In this document: one piece after another, positions 59,326 through 64,000 of the stretch
Numbering within the stretch: position 1 is the first letter of the stretch
Layout: every line of letters starts with the position of its first letter
Origin: Trichinella spiralis
Lineage: Eukaryota
Direction: 5' to 3'
NCBI RefSeq assembly: GCF_000181795.1
Contig: NW_003526941.1
Location: 9,630,353 to 9,694,352, forward strand
DNA: 64,000 nucleotides
Translations under genes and position numbers: made by a program
The notes under the pieces: model-generated
The model's database searches: none
Told to the model about the DNA's origin: nothing
The model's input: only the letters and a program-made list of their open reading frames with translations

Positions 59326-59919
59326 GGGTTTGAACCGTGTAATTGTCAATTCAGCAAACAGTGGATTCAATTAGTTTTATTTCGGTAAAATAAGTCAAAT
59401 CATCAATTCAACCAAATCAAATGAGCATAATACAATTCTCACTCTGGCGGAACCTTCATACTGTATTCAATGTAAAATCAAGATTTAGTCTAATGCATTT
59501 AGTATGTTTGAAAATTTTTCATTTTATTTTAAGATAATAATTAATTTAAACGTTGTAGTCTAACAGCAATAATCCAATCGACTGAATAATAAATTAAATT
59601 TTCAATTATTTTACACGAAAAAAATTAATTAATTTACACTTTGAAGTGTAAAAAGATTTTTCGAAGAAATATATTATAAAGTCCCATCAGAGATGTCACA
59701 AATTCTAAGAATAAAATAAATAAATCATAATTAATCAAAAATTTACACTTAACGATGACGATGACTGATAATTTAAACTTACTGAATTTCATACTGTATT
59801 ATCTAGATAGATAGGTACATATGATATTGAGTTATTGTGAGCAATATATATTTTGTATGAATTTGATGAATTTTCATTTAAATAACTTTCGCAATGAAGA
59901 TTTTTAAAATTAGCATAGA

Positions 59920-61178
59920 TCAATCTTCTTTATCTTGCATCTAAAAAAACAAAACAAAAAAATCATAATCCAAATAATTTACTCGAATCATTCAGAATGG
60001 AATTTTTTTTCATTTCAATAAAAATATTTCTTGAGAATGTAATTTTTAAATTAAAAAAAATAAAATAGTTATTTCAGAAAAGCAAGAACAATGCTATGCT
60101 GTTCATTGTTGCTAAACTTGCGTGACGCTTGTCGCCTGGTACTTGGGCTTTCTGGTTCCCAGTCGAACTGGCTTTGCTCTTTGCCTGGTCCTGAGGAAAT
60201 ATCTTGAATTTTCTACACTTCCGTCAGCTGAAAGTTCCCTCTGGAAAATGGAAATCCAATTGTTTCCCCTACTGATAACTGTATTGTTGTGACCGGTGAA
60301 TACGCTATTTTGGAAGCTTGTTTTCGTTCTAAAGCTGAACGAGTGTTGCGATTGTACAGAGTTCGTTTGTTTTGTCTGCTGATTGGAACCGAACGGTGCT
60401 TTGGTTACTCGACCAATTTCCGGCACCGAAACAACAAGAGGTTTCGCCACAGCACGAGGTGAAGTATTTGCATGCGCAGAAGCAGTAATCAACGGAGATG
60501 GTGTCGTTTTCGTCATCGCCATCGTCGAAAATGAGTCAACCGACGACAAATGAGTCGGCTTCATTGTTGTTATTCTTCGCCAAGGATGCACCGTTTTCCT
60601 CGTTCTAACCACCGGTGGCCTTTGGGTTGTTCTTATCATTGCTCGTGTTGGAATATTGATGCTTTTCGTTGTCGCAGTTGAAGACGAGCTTGTCCGCCGC
60701 CCTTCGCCTGTTGCAGATTGCGTTGGATTTATTATTCGGTTGGTGAGTTTTCGGGTCCGAATGACATTCGGCAAATGGGTGGTTTTCAATGTCGTGATTG
60801 GAGCTCGGGTAGGCTGTTGCGTTGTTTCCACTGTGCTACCTTGGTGGAATGGTGAAGTTGAAGCTGCAATTCCCCTTGATGACCCTCCGCAAGCAACCAC
60901 ATGAGCTTTGTCATCACATATACCGTTGTCGGGGTCGTAAAACAATCTCGCTCCCACACAGTAAAACATAAAATCATTGCCATTGTGGCACAAGAAATAA
61001 ATCTTCGAACAACTGTTTCTTGGATCTGCATAATAGCCATTCGGCAAATTCTTGCAATCCACCGACAAAGCTAAATTAATGAATGAAATTAAATATGTTG
61101 GATTGAAATCATAAAATTCTAGCACAGCCAACTTTCGAAATACTCACTGGAATAAATATAATTAGTAGCAGCAGACGT

Positions 61179-61210
<32 letters not shown>

Positions 61211-63986
61211 TAGTAGAAGTAGTAGCGGTGATAATAGTAGGAGCAGGAGTAGCAGTAGCAGCAGGTTGATTAGTAGTATGTAGTGGTGAAATTGAAATCC
61301 ATTCTACAATTTCTCCGCATAGTGGAATAGCTGATTTGTAGTTACACTGATCAGTGTCAGGATCATAATACGTGCCCGGAGGGCACGGCTGCATGAAAGA
61401 GAATCCACCAACACACGCGAAATAGTAAGGTTTACATGCGCTTGCTGCCCAATTACCATCAGGAAGATTTTCACAATTAAATGACAATGTTGGTAATGAA
61501 TTTGATGATGCTGTTGTTGGTGTTGCTTCCGTGCTCAGGATTCGCAAATTATTACTCCGTCCGAAACGACTGCAGGCAGGAACCATTCGAAACAAATCAC
61601 ATTTGTCTGACTGGACGTCGTAATATTTACCAAATTCACAGTGACGTTGAACCAAATAGCCATTAAAACATGTATAATATTTGCTACTGCAATTTTGCAT
61701 CGGATCAGGATAATTCTCATTTACCAAAGGAGAACAAAAATTTGTTTCTAAAAAATTAGCTGTAAAATGGAAATCATTTCCATACCAAAAAGAAAACAAC
61801 ATACACAGTACCTTTCATACTAATCTTAGATGGTAAATTTGATTCTTGATTACAGTAAGCAATATTTTCATACGGAGAACAGATTCGCGACACCGGATCA
61901 AAATACAATCCTGACGAACAGAATAATTTAAATGCAACTTCATCAATACACTGATAATAGAAATTGAAACATCCTTTTCCAGAAATACTGTAATTTCCAT
62001 CTCCAATTCCATGACAATCAAATTCATCTATACAAACAAATATTTCAATTTACAAAAATTTGTAATTAGTTTAAAAGAAAAAAAAGCAAATCATACCAGT
62101 TTGATTTTCACTGTAAAAACTTTGTTCAGTGGTTGAAGAACGAAGTTCCAATTGACAAGAAGTTATTTTTTCTTCACGAGCACAATTTTTATTTTTTGGA
62201 TCGAACAATAACGTATCTTTGCACTTTTTTAAAGTTGCAATTGGAAAATCAGAAGCATTTTCACATTCGATGTAAAACTGCGAACAACTGTCATCAGAAA
62301 TTGCATGCTTGCCAACAACCATTTGATCAGAACATTTTACTGGAAAATCTAAAAACAATGCATAGAATAAATAGTATTCGATTTTCTGCTTTCATTAATT
62401 GTAATAATTAAAACAAAACTGTAACAACAGTATTAGAAAACAAAAATATTTTATACATAATGTAAAAACAAAAATTTTGCTAATAATAATTTTAATATGT
62501 ATGAAGCTTACTAATAAAAGATTGTTCAGTTTCATTTTTGTAGCCTGACCAAATGTTGCAAATTTTCGATACCTTTTTATGAACGCAACGATTCTGATCA
62601 GAATCAAAATAAAATTCATATGAGCATTTCATTAATATTGGCGTACTGTTCTGCTGGCAGTAAATGTAAAACTTTGAACAAACATTCAGAGCAATAGGAT
62701 TCATTCCTTTTGTCATGTTGCTACAAGTCGAATAAGAATCTGAAAATCAAGGTTTATCATTTACATTATTATACAATACAGATATGCATTTATTCCACGT
62801 GCTCGTCCCTGTTTCCATATGCTAATTTGTAATTACTGTGAATGCTGACTGCACTTACTGAAATTTGAAATAGCAGTCGAATGTGCATAATCGGTTTTGC
62901 TATGGAGTGACGATACATTGCAAACTGCAATATTTGAATTCAAATCACAACTTTTTTTGGTTGGATTGAAAAATAAACCATCTTGGCATTTTGCAATTTT
63001 CCCGAAATTATTATTTTCACAATTAATAAAAAATTGTGAGCATGCATTGTCAGCAATCGAATGACGCTTAGCATCACTGCTCAGCAGCTTCGTACAATCT
63101 ACTGATATAGCTAGAAAAAATTAAAAGTTCAAATATTAGTAAAGAAAATTTACGACAAAAAAATACAAACTGAATGCATACACAATGATGAACATTCTTC
63201 AATTTCCGTATAAGGTACACACTGCTTCTTTTCTGCATCATAATACAAATATTCTCCTGGACATGTAAAGGAGGTGGCCACGCCTGCTAAACATTTGTAA
63301 TATTTTCTTGAACAATTAAGAGCAACGTCAGGATATTGACCATCCGCTAAAATTTTGCAGTCAAGTGCACTTTCTTTAGGAATAGCTGAAAAATAATTCA
63401 CCGCTGCCAAAATGTATTGCATTTTTCATGTTTGAAAATTTCGTTACTGTATTACTCACATTCATTGAAACAAGCTTGCACTTCTTTCCGGGGTAAGCAA
63501 GTTTCTTGTAAAACATCGAAATACAAAGGATCAGGACATTTCATTACAGTAGTCACTTGTTGAAAGCAGTGGTAAAATACTGGTGAACATGGATGATCAG
63601 GATGCGAATACTTTCCATCGGATACGTAGGAACAATTAAATTCTAAAAAATAAATTCAAATAAGTCAGTAGTACAATTACACTGAAATTCATCGACAAAA
63701 AATAGAGAAATATCTGATAATAATATCGATAATTTATTAAAATAATTTTACAATATAATATATAACAGACGATCAAGCACCGAGAGATGTTTAAAAATGT
63801 TTAAAAAGTGCTTTGGTCAAAAGAGTTTTACCAGTTTGGCTTGCCGAACAGCAGCAGCAACTCAACGATGCCAACAAAGACAAAAGCAGAGCAAAAGCTG
63901 CCTTAAAGAGAGAAAAAAAACAAAATAAAACCTTTGATAAAGTAGATGCAAATGAATAATCGATCGCTTACCGTTTCATCAATCAT
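59920..63986 (-). CDS. Secreted chitin-binding peritrophin-A (CBM14) multidomain protein with a mucin-like Thr-rich tail (CBD-1/CPG-like)
   Basis: ATG at 63986 with an in-frame TAA upstream; signal-peptide-like MIDETAAFALLLSLLASLSCCCCSA. Nine six-cysteine modules of the C-x4-(D/N)G..C..(F/Y)Y.C...C...(F/Y)D....C....C type, then a Ser/Thr/Pro/Arg-rich region. The CDS ends either at TAG 60112 or through a short exon MQDKED* (59940-59920). Confidence 0.88.
61164..61263 (-). repeat. Coding (ACT/GCT)n trinucleotide repeat giving a poly-Thr/poly-Ala spacer
   Basis: GTA/GCA runs on the + strand translate on the - strand to TTSTTTTTTTAAAAATSAAT, between CBM14 domains 8 and 9. Confidence 0.85.
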
Positions 63987-64000
63987 TGCGTGCAATTATG

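Overview
AT-rich, intron-rich eukaryotic DNA. Short TTTCAG-type introns and a DEB-1-like vinculin point to a nematode; a Trichinella-like clade I worm is my inference. Seven spliced protein genes can be reconstructed: MAPKAP kinase 2 (+), DNA ligase IV (+), sphingomyelin synthase (-), vinculin (+), a PRKX/PKA-like kinase (-), CDK11/PITSLRE (-) and a secreted protein with nine chitin-binding CBM14 domains (-). The most striking structure is a gene-free ~12.2 kb palindrome (~30.47-42.68 kb). It has ~3.5 kb near-identical outer arms and older, diverged inner arms containing repeated hairpin units. At its axis is a tandem array of self-palindromic units dense in ATGCAAAT and GCCN3GGC motifs, bracketed by inward-pointing arrays of consensus 5' splice sites. 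Other points of interest are two lig-4 introns that appear to end in CG and TG rather than AG, several frame-preserving vinculin cassette exons, and two operon-like gene spacings. Two N gaps and a duplicated fragment inside the palindrome show that the local assembly is imperfect. Exon coordinates were read by eye.
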